Source: Octopus sinensis (lineage: Eukaryota). From it: DNA of 37,680 bases. Numbering within the stretch: the first letter of the stretch is position 1; the number at the start of each line of letters is the position of its first letter. Of the stretch, positions 21,516 through 35,539 are shown piece after piece. The stretch covers positions 1 to 37,680 of the forward strand of contig NW_021835875.1 of the NCBI RefSeq assembly GCF_006345805.1, read 5' to 3'. A program made the translations under genes and the position numbers. A model generated the notes under the pieces. It was not told where the DNA came from. It did not search any database and saw nothing but the letters and a program-made list of their open reading frames with translations.

Positions 21516-21692
21516 TACAAAGCTACAATGGAAGCAATAACAACGAAAACAATAAACACTACAAAAAACAATGACAATCGCCAATAACAACAACAGTATT
21601 ACTCAAAGATAAAAGAAATTCACCTTTCTCTCCCACTCTCCTTTTCCGTATTTTACTACCTATCAATACAGCCAGCCATTCATACACATAAC

Positions 21693-21725
<33 letters not shown>

Positions 21726-21727
21726 GA

Positions 21728-21770
<43 letters not shown>

Positions 21771-22377
21771 TCTATCTACAATCCTATGAACCCAGAAATT
21801 GAAAACAGAGGGTTACCCACTAGCAAACAAATGTGGCAACATATAACAACATTGACCAAGGTTACCGTGGTCTTTTTCGTAGGCTTTTCTTCCCACGGAT
21901 AAACCTTTCTTGCTCTCCCCTTTACACCATATATCATAACACTGTGATACACGATCCCTATTGATCGTTTTTTTCCTCTTCCCCTTTTTTTCCTCTTTTT
22001 TCTTCTTTTTTCATTTCTCTTTTCTTTTGTTTCCTTTTCCTTTTCTTCTTTTTTTATTTTTATTTTTTATTTTTTATCTATTATTTTATTTATTTATTTT
22101 TGTTCTTTTCTTCCCTTTTACGATCCCTCTTGATCGAAAACCTACGCCACGCCCCCTTTTTTGTTTCTTTTGTTTTTTTTGTTTTTTTTTCATCCCCCAA
22201 AAGAAAAGCTCTACACCTTGTTACTTGTCCCCCTCTTGTTGCAGCCCTGTGTGCCAATAAAGAAACTTATCTTCTGCCACTAAAATTTCACAACTTAATC
22301 CAAATTCTTTTCTTTTCTTGAAAAAGAAATTTAATCTAAACATGTAATGAAAACAAACGAACGCAACAGCAGCAGCA

Positions 22378-23580
<1,203 letters not shown>

Positions 23581-24109
23581 CTGCAACACAACAACAACAA
23601 CAACATTAGCAACAGCCACATCAACAATAGCAACATCTAAACGACAATAGACCATACCAAATTATACTGCTTTAACAATTGTAGAAAAACAAAAGAAAAA
23701 AAAAACTACAGCGGCAAACAAGGAAGACAGGCGCAGACAACTGCCTCGTCTACAAAGTAACGTAACCGTCGTCACACAACCAACACCTACACCTATACCA
23801 TCACCACCACCACCACTACTACCGTGACTACCAATTTCAGCTATACTACCACCACCGCCACCGCCACCACCACCACCAGTACTATCACGACCATCACTAT
23901 CACCACCACCAACATCTACATCACCACCACCAACATCTACATCACTACCATAACCACCAATATAAACGTCACCATGTCTACCACCACCACTAACATCTAC
24001 ACCGCTGCCGCCACCATCACCACCACCACGACCACCACCACCATACATGACTATCACCACCGATACCACCATCATCAGAACAGCACCCAATTCTGCTTTA
24101 AAATTACAT

Positions 24110-24555
24110 CTAATATCGGTTTCAAATTTTGGCACAGGGCCAGCAATTTCGGACGAGACGTAAGTCATGTAAGTCAACTGGTATCCATTTCATCGAATCC
24201 CGAAGGGATGAAAGACGAAGTCAATTTCGGCGGAATTTGAACTCAGAACGTAAAAACAGATGAAATGCCGCTAAACATTTTACGCGGCGTACTAACGATT
24301 CTGTCCGTTCGCCAATTTAAAGAATTACATTTAATACCCTTTTCTACTATAGGCACAAGTCCAGAAATTTTCGGGGTAGGGGACAAGTCGATTATATCGA
24401 CCCCAGTATTTGACTGGTACTTGTTTAATCGACTCGACTCCGAGGAATCAAAGGCTAAGTCGACTTCAGCAGAATTTGAGCTCAGAACAAGAAGACAGGC
24501 GAAATGCTTGTCTTCAACATTTAACCCGGCTCGGCAACGCTTCTGCCAACTCGCC
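24110..24555 (-). mobile_element. Two adjacent SINE family A copies
   Basis: CGGCGGAATTTGAACTCAGAACG (~24229) and CAGCAGAATTTGAGCTCAGAAC (~24467), each with a different tail. Confidence 0.8.
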
Positions 24556-24723
24556 ACTTTAAAGAATTACATTTGGTACCAACAACACAGTGAAAAGTAT
24601 AAATCTGAGATTGAAATTTAGAATCGCCAATTTCATACAATTTTTTTTTTAATGTTTTTCTTTTTGCTGTTATTGACTCTATTACTAACAATTTTTGTTC
24701 TTTCTCGGAATGAGTAGGTGAAT

Positions 24724-25080
24724 ATCGCTTTTATTTATAAAGTAGGCGCAGGAGTAGCTGTGTGGTAAGAAGCTTGCTTCTCAACCACATGGTTCCGGGT
24801 TCAGTCCTACTACATGACGCCTTAGGCAAGTGCCTTCTTCTATAGCCTCGTGAGTGGATTTGGCAAAACCTTGTGGATTTGGCAGATGGGAACTGAAAGA
24901 AGCCTATCATATATATACATATATGATATGAAAATTATGTATTAATGGAAAACCTCTATTAATGGCTGATGAGTGCTCAGCATTTTAAAACTGTTGTACT
25001 ACTTGCAACATTTAATAAAATGATGTAGTGCGAAACGATCGTACCAAATTATCGGAGTTATTCTTGTTGCTTATTTTGAG

Positions 25081-25112
<32 letters not shown>

Positions 25113-25270
25113 GTGTGTGTGTGTAGGTGTGTGTGTGTGTGTGTGTGTGTGTGAGTTAGTCCTTCCATCACCACTCGACAACCGGTGTTGGTGTGTTCAC
25201 GTCCTCGTAACTTAGCGGTTAGGCAACAGAAACCGATAGAATAAGAGCCAGGTTTTCAAAAAAATAAGTA
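24724..25270 (+). mobile_element. SINE family B interrupted in its internal (TA)n by a hammerhead-bearing insert
   Basis: Head GGCGCAGGAGTAGCTGTGTGGTAAG at 24725; 5' half ends GAAAGAAGCCTATCATATA (~24915); resumes at CTCGACAACCGGTGTTGG..CTTAGCGG (~25175). Confidence 0.8.
24961..25051 (+). ncRNA. Type I hammerhead ribozyme with long stem II
   Basis: CTGATGA 24966-24972; stem II GTGC/GTGC (G-C, U-G, G-U, C-G) enclosing CATTTTA/TAAAATG and TGTTG/CAACA; GAAA 25032-25035; palindrome ACGATCGT; GTA 25041-25043; weak stem I TGG/CCA. Confidence 0.6.
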
Positions 25271-25299
25271 TGAACATCACATATACCACCATCACCACC

Positions 25300-25420
25300 A
25301 CTCACAAGGCATTGGTCAGCCCGGGGCTATAGCAGAAGACACTTGCCCAAGATGCCACGCAGTGGGACTGAACCCGGAACCATGTGGTTGGTTAGCAAGC
25401 AACTTACCACACAGCCACTA
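25300..25420 (-). mobile_element. SINE family B 5' part
   Basis: CTCACAAGGCATTGG..GCCCAAGATGCCACGCAGTGGGACTGAACCCGGAACCATGTGG, nearly identical to 8767-8885. Confidence 0.88.
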
Positions 25421-25599
25421 TATTCTTTGTAAATTTTGGACTGTGTTCTTCTAATCGAAAATTCACCCAAGCAGACATAAGAAAACACACATATACGCAT
25501 AGATATTTACACAGATGAACACACTCACAAACATACACGTATCCAGATCTAAAGACAAAATAAACACATCCACTCACACATACGCACTTGCACACTGAT

Positions 25600-26587
25600 A
25601 CACACATAGATACACACGCATGAACACACACACACACAGACTCACACACGCACTCACACATACATGCACGCACACACACGCACACAGGCACGTACGTACG
25701 CGCACACACATGCGCATACACACACACACACTTCAATATAAACTCACAAACACACGAATACACACATGCATATATATATATATATATATATATAGTCTTT
25801 TTTATTTTGTCGCTCTTCACACACGCACACATACACATACATACATACATACATACATACATACATACATACATGCATACACACACACATACATACATAC
25901 ATACACACATACATACATGCATACACACACACACGTACATGCATACATACATCATACATACATACATACATACACACATACATACATACATACATACATA
26001 CATATCATACATACATACCATACATACATACTACATTCATACATACATACATACATACATACATACATACATACATACTACATACATACATACATACATA
26101 CATACATACATACATACATACATACATACATACATACATACATACATACCATACATACATACATCATACATACATACTACATACATACATACACATACAC
26201 ACCACATACATACATACATACATTCATACATACATACATACATACAACACACAACATACATACACACATACATACATACATACTACATACATACATATAC
26301 ACACATACATACATACAATACATACATACATCACATACATACATACATCATACATACATACACACATACACACATACATACATACATAAATACATACAAG
26401 CATTTTCTGTCTCTGTCCTCGTCACTGTTCGCATACGCACACACATATCAACACAAGCAAACACACATGTACACACACATGTACGCACACAAATACACAC
26501 TAACACAGACACACACAGAGATACATTAACTAATACACATGCATATACACTTGCATATACGTATACTCTGTTTTTACCCATGTCACT

Positions 26588-26636
<49 letters not shown>

Positions 26637-26907
26637 GAATTACAAACATAAAACAAACACACGCACACAAAGAAACACACACTAATACATACACAAACAT
26701 ATGCATATATATACACACACACATGTGTACGTATATATATATATGAGTGTACATATGTAATTATTCATACACATATTCTATCTTCTTTTGTCCTTGTCGC
26801 TGAACAAACAGGCACACACACACACACACACACACACACACCAACACACACACACACAACTGACACACACACCACCACACACACATACACACACACACCT
26901 GACACTG

Positions 26908-26941
<34 letters not shown>

Positions 26942-27265
26942 ACGCATACACACACACACCACACACACACACACGCACGCACGCACACACACACACACAC
27001 GCACACAAACACACAGACGCACACACTTACACGCACAACACACACACACACACCAACACACACACGCACACACACCACACACACACAACACACACACACA
27101 CACACACAACACACACAGACACACAGACACACAGACACCACACACACGCACACACACACACGCGCACACACACACACGCACACACACGCACACACACACA
27201 AAGACACACACACACAAAGACACACAAAGACACACAAAGACACACACGCACACACTTACACGCAT
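25600..27265. repeat. Compound (CA)n/(TACA)n microsatellite field
   Basis: Direct reading; source of the many MYVC/HTYI/CV ORFs. Confidence 0.95.
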
Positions 27266-27547
27266 TCACCATTCACATGCTGACAATACAATATGTTACG
27301 AATGAAACAATAGGACAAAAGTTAATGGATTCCAAAGGAGGTTTTAAATTTTTGGTAATTTCCGGTAAGATTAAAGTTCTAGTGTTTGTAATTGTTTGTA
27401 AATTGTCTAAATCTCAAGTGAAATGCTTGGCACTAAGGTGTATCTTTTCTGACAATTGTGGTGCCGATTAGACATGCAACGCTACGTTTAATGAGTAATT
27501 CCTTAACAATTTTCCTTAAAAAACCCATTTAGGGTAGAGAAAGACCG

Positions 27548-27565
27548 CTTATTATTATATTATTA

Positions 27566-27601
<36 letters not shown>

Positions 27602-27622
27602 AATTATTATTATTGTTATTAT

Positions 27623-27669
<47 letters not shown>

Positions 27670-27794
27670 ATAATAATAATAATAATAAAATAATAATAAT
27701 AATAATAATATCATTATTATTATCACTATTGTTGTTGTTATTATCTTTATTATTATAGTGCTTTTGTTGCTATTATTATATGAAAACTCACAGC

Positions 27795-27847
<53 letters not shown>

Positions 27848-27925
27848 GTTGTTGTTGGTGGTGTTCTGGTTCATGTTGTTGTTGTTGTTGTTGTTTATTA
27901 TTATTATTATTATTATTATTATATT
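27548..27925. repeat. (TTA)n-(CTA)n-(TAA)n-(TTA/TTG)n compound microsatellite
   Basis: Direct reading. Confidence 0.95.
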
Positions 27926-28229
27926 ATCATCCGGGCAACAGCAGCAACAACGACAACAACAACAATAACGACAATGTGCACAACAGCAGCAGCAGCAGTA
28001 TAAGCTGTAGAAACAATAACAATAGCAACAAGAACAACAACAATGTAAACAAGATCGAAAACAACAACAACAACACCGTAAAGAATAATGCAGTTATCAA
28101 TAACTCCAGTAATAATAAATACAGCGATATCATGAAAAACCCAGAACTCTTATCTTTTTCGAGGGCTGTTAGCCAGTGGACCATACATTCGGTGCAAGAA
28201 TTGAAAGGTAAAGCCCTCTAGTATAAAAA

Positions 28230-28770
28230 TGAATATTTTGAAACTAAATATTATGTTCCTCAAGAGAAACCATTGTCTATAAATGCATTTCTCGCAACGA
28301 GAGGTAACTTAAATCTTTTACTCGGGCTGAGCCAAGATGTGTGGCTCTGAGTGCCACAAATGTACAAAGGTTAGCAGTAATGGGACGATAGCTGCTATAT
28401 GCAGCAGCGAGCCAAAACCCGGAAGAATGGCAACTATTAGTTGCATATCCCAGACTTTTGTTATGATTCCCAATTATACGGGTAAAAGGTTGACTTAATT
28501 TCGAGTTAAGAATATGTTGGTCCAACGAGATCCGGCGAGAATTTTAGCCATTCTGGAAGAGCACGTGAAGATTGTGGAGGTGAAATCCATTCTGCAACTC
28601 AAAAGGACTGGAAGGAATTCCAGATATTAGTCTTTCCAGAAGAAATAAATCGGATTCCAATTTTATTCTGTTTCGGAGGAATGTGAACGGATGCCCGTTT
28701 ATAGAGAAGGGAAAAATCCGAAATGTTTCGTGTGTGGAAATACGAACCACCTGAAAGCCCCGTAGTAGAG
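28230..28770 (+). mobile_element. Decayed Tx1/L1-type ORF1 (gag-like zinc knuckle) relic
   Basis: MIPNYTGKRLT*FRVKN..ILAILEEHVKIVEV and VYREGKNPKCFVCGNTNHLKA (C at 28724): a CX2CX4H knuckle missing the last Cys, with frameshifts. Confidence 0.6.
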
Positions 28771-29126
28771 AAAGCACGAAGTTCTACACCGTTGCCTCCA
28801 ACTCTTCAAGGTATGTACACTACAACTAGCTCACATCTGCCACTTTCCTTCAATTCAGGCCTTGCAAATTGCACCAACAGGCCTTCATCTGTTATAAGAG
28901 AAATACTGAAACTTAAGTAAACAAAAACCACTCTAAGTTGAAGGCCATAAGACACAACAGCAAAATAGAAAAATCCGTCACAAAACCAGGTAGAAAAACA
29001 TCAATACCAACCTCAACACCATTGCAAGAAAATCTAATTTTACAAACATTTTCACAATCACAAAACCCACGAAAACAAAATGAAACACTCAAAAAGCAAA
29101 ATGACCAGCAATCACACTCTCAGGTA

Positions 29127-29219
29127 CGCTAACAGGAATCTCCTGAAATTTTCGGTGATTTTCGGAGATTTCGGAGATTTTCGGGGCCGTATTCGCATTT
29201 CAAGAGATTCCTGTTAGCG
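29127..29219. repeat. Small inverted-repeat element (23-bp arms, internal TTTCGGAGAT repeats)
   Basis: CGCTAACAGGAATCTCCTGAAAT (29127-29149) versus ATTTCAAGAGATTCCTGTTAGCG (29197-29219), one mismatch. Confidence 0.75.
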
Positions 29220-29741
29220 CTTTGGGAACCGCATAAAAGCGATTACAGCGATATTAACGATAATTAGATAACTGCTGGAAACTGATTCCTGATGAGAATA
29301 GGGGATAACCCCTTACCTTTTACCCTCATAGACGACAGATTGCAGTACTGAAAGAGGACCACACAGCCGGAAGCCGATGGCCAGTATCAAAGGGAGATAA
29401 TCTCCGTTGATTACATCTGTATCGTTTCCCCTCCCCATATTTTAAAGAGGCCATAGGTCAACAGGTCTTGGGGTAGGTAACCCTATAAACTGGCTTTCAC
29501 CAGTAATGAATATAGACTGCTCTACTTCTTTGAGTGTGCTTCTCCGGATTTATGATTTTCTAAAAGGAACATTTTTATACATACATACACACAACACACA
29601 CACACACACTATATATAAAGTAAATTTCCGTATATATACATATATATATATTGTATGTATATATATATATATATTATATATGTAGATATATTATAATATA
29701 TATATTATAATATATATATATATATATATCCATATCATCAT

Positions 29742-29855
29742 CATCACGTGACCGACCAGTCCATCAGATGTGTAGTTACACATCGCTGGTCACAATGCGT
29801 TCGCATTGTTTTAACCCTTCGAATGACGCCACTCCGCTGGCTAAGCGAGCAGGCC
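29742..29855 (-). mobile_element. 3' tail fragment of SINE family C
   Basis: TCACGTGACCGACCAG..CATCGCTGGTCACAATGCG..GCTAAGCGAGCAGGCC matches 17410-17516. Confidence 0.88.
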
Positions 29856-29876
29856 AATATATTATATATATATATA

Positions 29877-29908
<32 letters not shown>

Positions 29909-31337
29909 ATAAAATTAGAGAATGGAGAAACATACTTAATCAATAAAACATCAACTATCAGATGATACCCAATCAATACTTTAATACACCATTACATATC
30001 AGTAAAGGCATTATACAAAATATACAGTAAGAGTAAATAGACAAAGAGATATAAGTATAAAATTTCGAGAGCCTTTTATGAGTTTGGTGTGTTTAGGTTG
30101 AGAATATAGGTTTTTTGTATGTGTTTATTTGGAAGGTTTATATTGTATATTTGGTCTTTCTTTGTACTCACCTTAATTTGTATATCTTATGCTATTTACT
30201 AATAAACCTTTTTCATTTTTTTCATTTTCTCATTTACATACATTTGGCTTTATAAATATTACCAGCCTTATATATTTAGTTATATCTATAGTCCTCTGGA
30301 TCTGTACTTTAAATTATCCTTCATACATATTTACTTTCATCAATATAACATATTATTCACTTTATTTATTTTTTTATTTTTTTGTAATGTTATCAATCTC
30401 TGCATTTAGTCTTCTAATTATTTATTTATTTGCTTATTTAAGTGTAGATTTTTACATACATATCAAGTCATCTAATTTGTTATCTATTATTTTTTACTTA
30501 TTTACTTATACAAGTGTAGTTTTATACATACATATCTATCATTTATTTTTATTTTATTTTAATAATATATGAATACATATATACTGGTTTGTACTTATAA
30601 TATGTGTATAACCGTATTTATTCCTTCTTATTTATTTTATCACATTTTATCTTAAGTATTTATAATATAAATTTTTTTTTAAAATTTCTGTGATGTTCTC
30701 ATATGCGTTTTGCATTAGTACTTCCCCTTGTTGATATTATTTTATGCCTAAACTGGTATATTATGGCTTAAATTTATTAAGTAAATAAGAGATATATTTA
30801 TAATATATAAATTAATATATATTTTATATTTTATAACTTAGCGTACTTGGAATCATAACAAACTTACGGTAAATCTAACAACCGTATGTTTACTATGCAA
30901 CAAACCGGTGTTATAAATTTTAAGTTACCCAACTGATATTTAAAAATATATTTCTATCTTTAAATTAAATATTTTATGAAATGCATGAGTGGATCATTTT
31001 CGTTATTTGAGGCATAGTTATAATTTTGAAGGACTAAATGGCAGCATAGTTGCTTCCCTTTTGTTTATCTATGTGCTAGTTGTTGCTTGTGTGGTTATGT
31101 ATGTGTAAAGTGGTATGTGTATACATATAATTATGTGTGTATGTGCGATTGATCTGTAGATTCGCGTGTGAATATTGGCGTTCCTTGACTAACCAACCGT
31201 ATAATTTCTTTGTGTTTAAATTTCAAACCAATAGCCAATCGAATTAATCTAAATTATCTTTACCTAGTGGTCAGTATTTCTAAACTCATAGTTATTTCGA
31301 TCTGAAAGGATGGACTTGGTGCAAACATAACTGTATC

Positions 31338-31389
<52 letters not shown>

Positions 31390-32196
31390 ATTATAGTAAT
31401 TTTTATTAACTTTTATAGCTTTATAATTTTATGAACTGAACCATGGTTTTAATTATTATTTTTAATCTCCCTATGTGTTAGTTTTTTTTAAAAAACTATT
31501 AGCCAAATATGATAGATATCGGTGCTTATTAATATTAATATATACACTGATATATATTTTGTTTTATTTTGTTCTGTTTCCTTCCATTATTGTACCAATG
31601 AGTATTATATTATATAAGTGTAGCATTATGAAGTATATGTAATAAGTTTTTATATTTTACATTTTTTATTTTTTATATTTATATGTATATGGTTAAATAA
31701 TCTTTTTCACAATTATAACAAATTTAATTCTCTGAAGAGGCCGTGGGGCATCCTTGTTAATACTTTCATTTTACCTGCCTTTATGGCTTATAGGTTAAAT
31801 GAGGTATGACTGCCACTGCCGAAACAGCTGTCAGATTTGATTTAATTACATTATATTATATTTGATTGAAATTTTATACTTATATCTCTTTGTCTATTTA
31901 CTCTTACTGTATATTTTGTATAATGCCTTTACTGATATGTAATGGTGTATTGAAGTATTGATTGGGTATCATCTGATAGTTGATGTTTTATTGATTTAAG
32001 TATGTTTCTCCATTCTCTAATTTTATAGTATTAATTTACGGTAATATTATTACCTTTACCGATATAATACAATAGATGAACTGATTGTTTGGCAATTTTT
32101 AACAATCTATGTATTAGTCTTGTTGGGTACCTATCTAGCAGTATATTGGATATATATTATCCCATGGTGGGTTGAATTTTCAACCCCTATCTCATT
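29909..32196 (+). mobile_element. ~2.2-kb non-coding Penelope-like element with hammerhead and inverted partial LTR
   Basis: 29909-30066 is the reverse complement of 31868-32026 (one substitution and one 1-bp indel seen). HHR at 31726-31838; very AT-rich body with no recognisable ORF; (TA)n on both flanks. Confidence 0.72.
31726..31838 (+). ncRNA. Type I hammerhead ribozyme with 82-nt branched stem II
   Basis: AATTCT CTGAAGA (31732-31738) GGC...GCC (31739-31741 / 31818-31820) GAAA (31821-31824) CAGCTG TC AGATTT. Palindrome ACAGCTGT; GTC 31830-31832. The insert pairs internally (GTGG/CCAC; TACTTTCATTTTACCT/AGGTTAAATGAGGTA). Confidence 0.82.
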
Positions 32197-32221
32197 TTAT
32201 AACCTATATATATATATATAT

Positions 32222-32268
<47 letters not shown>

Positions 32269-32272
32269 ATAG

Positions 32273-32332
<60 letters not shown>

Positions 32333-32335
<3 letters not shown>

Positions 32336-32415
32336 CTTTCCTGAGCGTCCAATAACACTGTACTTATTCCACGTCCTCGCGTTGTTTTTTCTTGCTTGTT
32401 CATGTTGGGATTGAG
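32333..32415 (+). mobile_element. 3' tail of the same element family as 2050-2250, hammerhead missing
   Basis: TGAGCGTCCAATAAC..TTCCACGTCCTCGCGTTG..CATGTTGGGATT; between (TA)n tracts. Confidence 0.7.
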
Positions 32416-32423
32416 TATATATG

Positions 32424-32476
<53 letters not shown>

Positions 32477-32574
32477 ATATATATGTATGTATGTTATATA
32501 TTATATTATATATATATATATACATATGCATATATATATATATGTATATTATATATATATACATATACATAGAT

Positions 32575-33150
32575 TGTGACCTTGATCAACATAGATCAAT
32601 GAAAAGTTTTCCATAAGGTCGATAATTAGACTTTGGTGCTATCCTCACGGCAGCTGACGTCAGTCCTGTCTTCAAAGGTTGAATTGCTGCAATATACAGT
32701 GACACCTGATCTAGATCTTTAAGCGGACAAGAAGTGGGATGCCGTGACGAGTAGGGTGGCAAATGTCACTCAGAAATTAGCCGAGGGTGAAACTATTTCT
32801 AAAGGGTTGAACAAAAGTGGCCATGCATTGCCTTCAACATCTGTTACCGCTTGGCCGTCATGCTTATTTAGACCGAAATGTTTGCTCTGTTCACATATTT
32901 GTGGCAGGGATGCGTTGCTGTTTTAGATGGTTCACTTTCTATCTACATCTGTTTCGTGGAGGACTGGGCATGTCGTGGTCAATAATACTCAGACATGCGC
33001 TGAATTTACAACATCTCTATCGGTTCCTTGACTATGAAAAGCTATGGTCACCGTGTACCAGACGCATTTCCCCCAGCTCATTTGTTGAAGAAGCTGCACC
33101 TTTGGGTCAAGCAAAGGTTGAGACAACATGTCTTTCATCCTGTCATGGGT
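32575..33150 (+). mobile_element. Internally deleted Tx1/L1-type ORF2 relic
   Basis: DLDQ..(F)HKVD, AILTAADVSPVFKG*IAAIYS, then VANVTQK and GGLGMSWSIILRHALNLQHL. Related to 18485-20285. Confidence 0.7.
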
Positions 33151-33229
33151 CAATGAAATAAGTACTACTTGAGTAATGTGATCGATGTAATCGATGATCC
33201 CCTTCCCCCAATAAATTCATTATTATTAT

Positions 33230-33695
33230 TAAAGCAGTGAGCTGGCAGTATCGTTAGCACGTCGGACCAAATACTTAGCTGTATCTCTACGTTCTGAGTT
33301 CAAATTCCGGCGAGGTGGTCTTTGCCTTTCATTCTTTAGGGCTCGTTGAAATAAGTATCAGTTGAGTACTGGAGTCGATGTGATCGACTTACCGCCCCAC
33401 CCCGCCGAAATTGCTGGTCTTGTGCTAAAATATGAAACCGTTATTACTATTATTATTGAGATTGTTGAGGCGGCGAGCTGGCAGAATCGTTAGCACACCT
33501 GGCGAAATGCTTAACAGTATTTCGTCTGCCTTCACGTTCTGGGTTCAAATTCCACCGCCGAGTCCGACTTCGCCTTTCATCTTTTTGAGGTCAATAAATT
33601 AAGTACCAGTGAAACACTGGGGTCGATCTAATCTACTAGTCCCCTTCCCCGCCCACAAAATTTCAGGCCTTGCACCTTTAGTAGAAAGGATTATT
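33230..33695 (+). mobile_element. Two tandem SINE family A copies
   Basis: GTGAGCTGGCAGTATCGTTAGCAC (~33237) and GGCGGCGAGCTGGCAGAATCGTTAGCAC (~33470) with different tails. Confidence 0.85.
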
Positions 33696-33829
33696 ATTAT
33701 TATTATGATTGTTGTTGTTGTTGTTGTCGTTATTGGTGTTGCTGGTGTTATTTTTAGCACCGTTACTCATAGCCATCTTCATTCTCATTTGTTATTCTCA
33801 TCGTCTTGTCATCATTAACATTCTCTCCC

Positions 33830-34100
33830 TCCTCCCTCTCTCCCCTCCCCGGCCCTTCTTCCTCATCCCTTTCTCCTCCTCTTCAACATCACCACTACCA
33901 CCACCACCACCACCGTTGCCACTGCCACCGCCTCCGCCGCCTCCGCCGCCTCCTCCTCCGCCTCCGCCATCACCGCCACCACCGCCTCCGCCTCCGCCAC
34001 CAAATCCACCTCCGCCGCCACATCCACCTCCTCCGCCACATCCACCTCCGCCGCCATATCTTCCTCCTCCTCCTCCTCCTCTTCCTCCCGCCACCGCCAC
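33830..34100. repeat. (CCT/CCA/CCG)n tract
   Basis: Direct reading; source of the poly-P and poly-G ORFs. Confidence 0.9.
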
Positions 34101-34340
34101 CTACCTAATCAAGAACATCGTCATCGTTAGTTTATACTTACTGTCATTTTTAATTCCGCACCCTTTGAATTTTTCTTTCCGCTGCAAACGTATATATTTT
34201 ATCGACCGTCCACCCTTTATGCATGTGCTCTCAGAGTTACTACACCGTTTCCCAACTCATCCACACACAACACACACACACACGCACGTACAGGCGTACT
34301 ATTTTCTCACAACAAAGACACACACTTGCGAACACTCTAT

Positions 34341-34396
<56 letters not shown>

Positions 34397-35276
34397 ATAT
34401 GTTTCTCTTTTTATACGACTCTCACCTAATGTCGGACATCACAAAGATCAGTAAGTAATAACGGGATTTTTCAGATAAGGATCTCGTGAGGAATAACTGT
34501 CTCTTGTTATTTCTTAGGCACCACCGAGGCGCCATGTCTTCGAGAGGATAATTTAAGCTCGTCACTTATACTCCGGACTTATTGTTGTTGTCGTCGGTTA
34601 TTAAGAGCGAGAAGAGAAAGGTAAAAAGAAAGAGAAAAAGGAGACAGAGAAAGAGAACGAGAGATAGTGATAAAGAGAGAGAGAGGTAGGGGGTAATGAG
34701 AGAGAAGAAACAGATAGAGAAAGAGAAAAAGAAGGAGCGGGGACAAAAGAGCGGGATATTAGTTTTTACAACCGTCTCTTACTTCCACTGCTACTGAACA
34801 TTCTCAGTAAGTATGTTAACATGTAAGAGTAACATAAAATGTCGTTTAATTACCCAACAGCATTTACTGTTTGTGTATGGGATTGTTTAGATATGCAATT
34901 ATGTGTGCGTACGTTGATGCAAATGTATGTGATCTGTCCTCCACCCCTTTCTCTGTCTCTCTCTCTTTTGTATGTGAGTGTTGTTGGTGCTGGTGGTGGT
35001 GGTTTAAGTTGAGTGTATGTATCTATGTGTTTTGTTTGGTTTTCCTTGTTAGTAATTTCGCAGTCCAGGCAATATGAGCTTAAAATGGTTCGTTGATATC
35101 CTTCTCATTCACAATGTCTGCTTCGTATTCCGGTAAAAGACAAAAAGAAAGAGAATAAATAAAAACACTATGTTCTCTCTACAAGATTTAATAATAATAA
35201 TAATAATAATAGCCGCTGTTAAATGAAACCATAAAACAAAAAAAAAGAAGAGAAATTCATGGACGTTAGTCTAGAA

Positions 35277-35494
35277 CAGTGGTTTTCAACCAGGGTTCCG
35301 CGGAGCTTAGGGTTCCGCCAGTACAGTCCAGGGGTTCCACAAGAAGTTACAAAACTGCTAAAATCGGCAGTAATTTTTAATTCTCCTGTGCAGATATGTG
35401 TGCATAAGACTATTAAATTATTGCACAGGGGTTCCTCGAGCCAGTGGAATGTTTCCTCGGAGTCCCGCTCCAGCAAAAAGTTTGAAAAGTACTG
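35277..35494. mobile_element. 218-bp hAT (Charlie-like) MITE
   Basis: TIRs CAGTGGTTTTCAACC / GTTTGAAAAGTACTG (12 of 15 match); perfect 8-bp TSD GTCTAGAA at 35269-35276 and 35495-35502, matching the NTCTAGAN Charlie target preference. Confidence 0.92.
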
Positions 35495-35539
35495 GTCTAG
35501 AATATGCCTCAAAGCTAAGTCAACGATGCAATCTTAGGG

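Noticed and set aside
20588-21593. 329-aa and 251-aa hydrophobic ORFs
   Set aside because: (AAT)n/(GAT)n translations.
25404-27471. Many MYVC/HTYI/CV-repeat ORFs (also 593-1010, 12533-13317, 14172-14845)
   Set aside because: (TATG)n, (CA)n and (TA)n microsatellites.
29270-29330. CTGATGA with nearby hairpin GGGG-ATAA-CCCC
   Set aside because: No GAAA after a stem II and no compatible stems I and III.
29312-29560. Minus-strand donor AAAG/GTAAGG with an upstream 40-codon open stretch
   Set aside because: The nearest good acceptor gives stops in all frames, and the peptide is unrecognisable.
33709-34347. Extensin/formin-like poly-proline ORF
   Set aside because: Arises from a (CCN)n tract flanked by SINE tail and (CA)/(TA) repeats; no splice or domain support.
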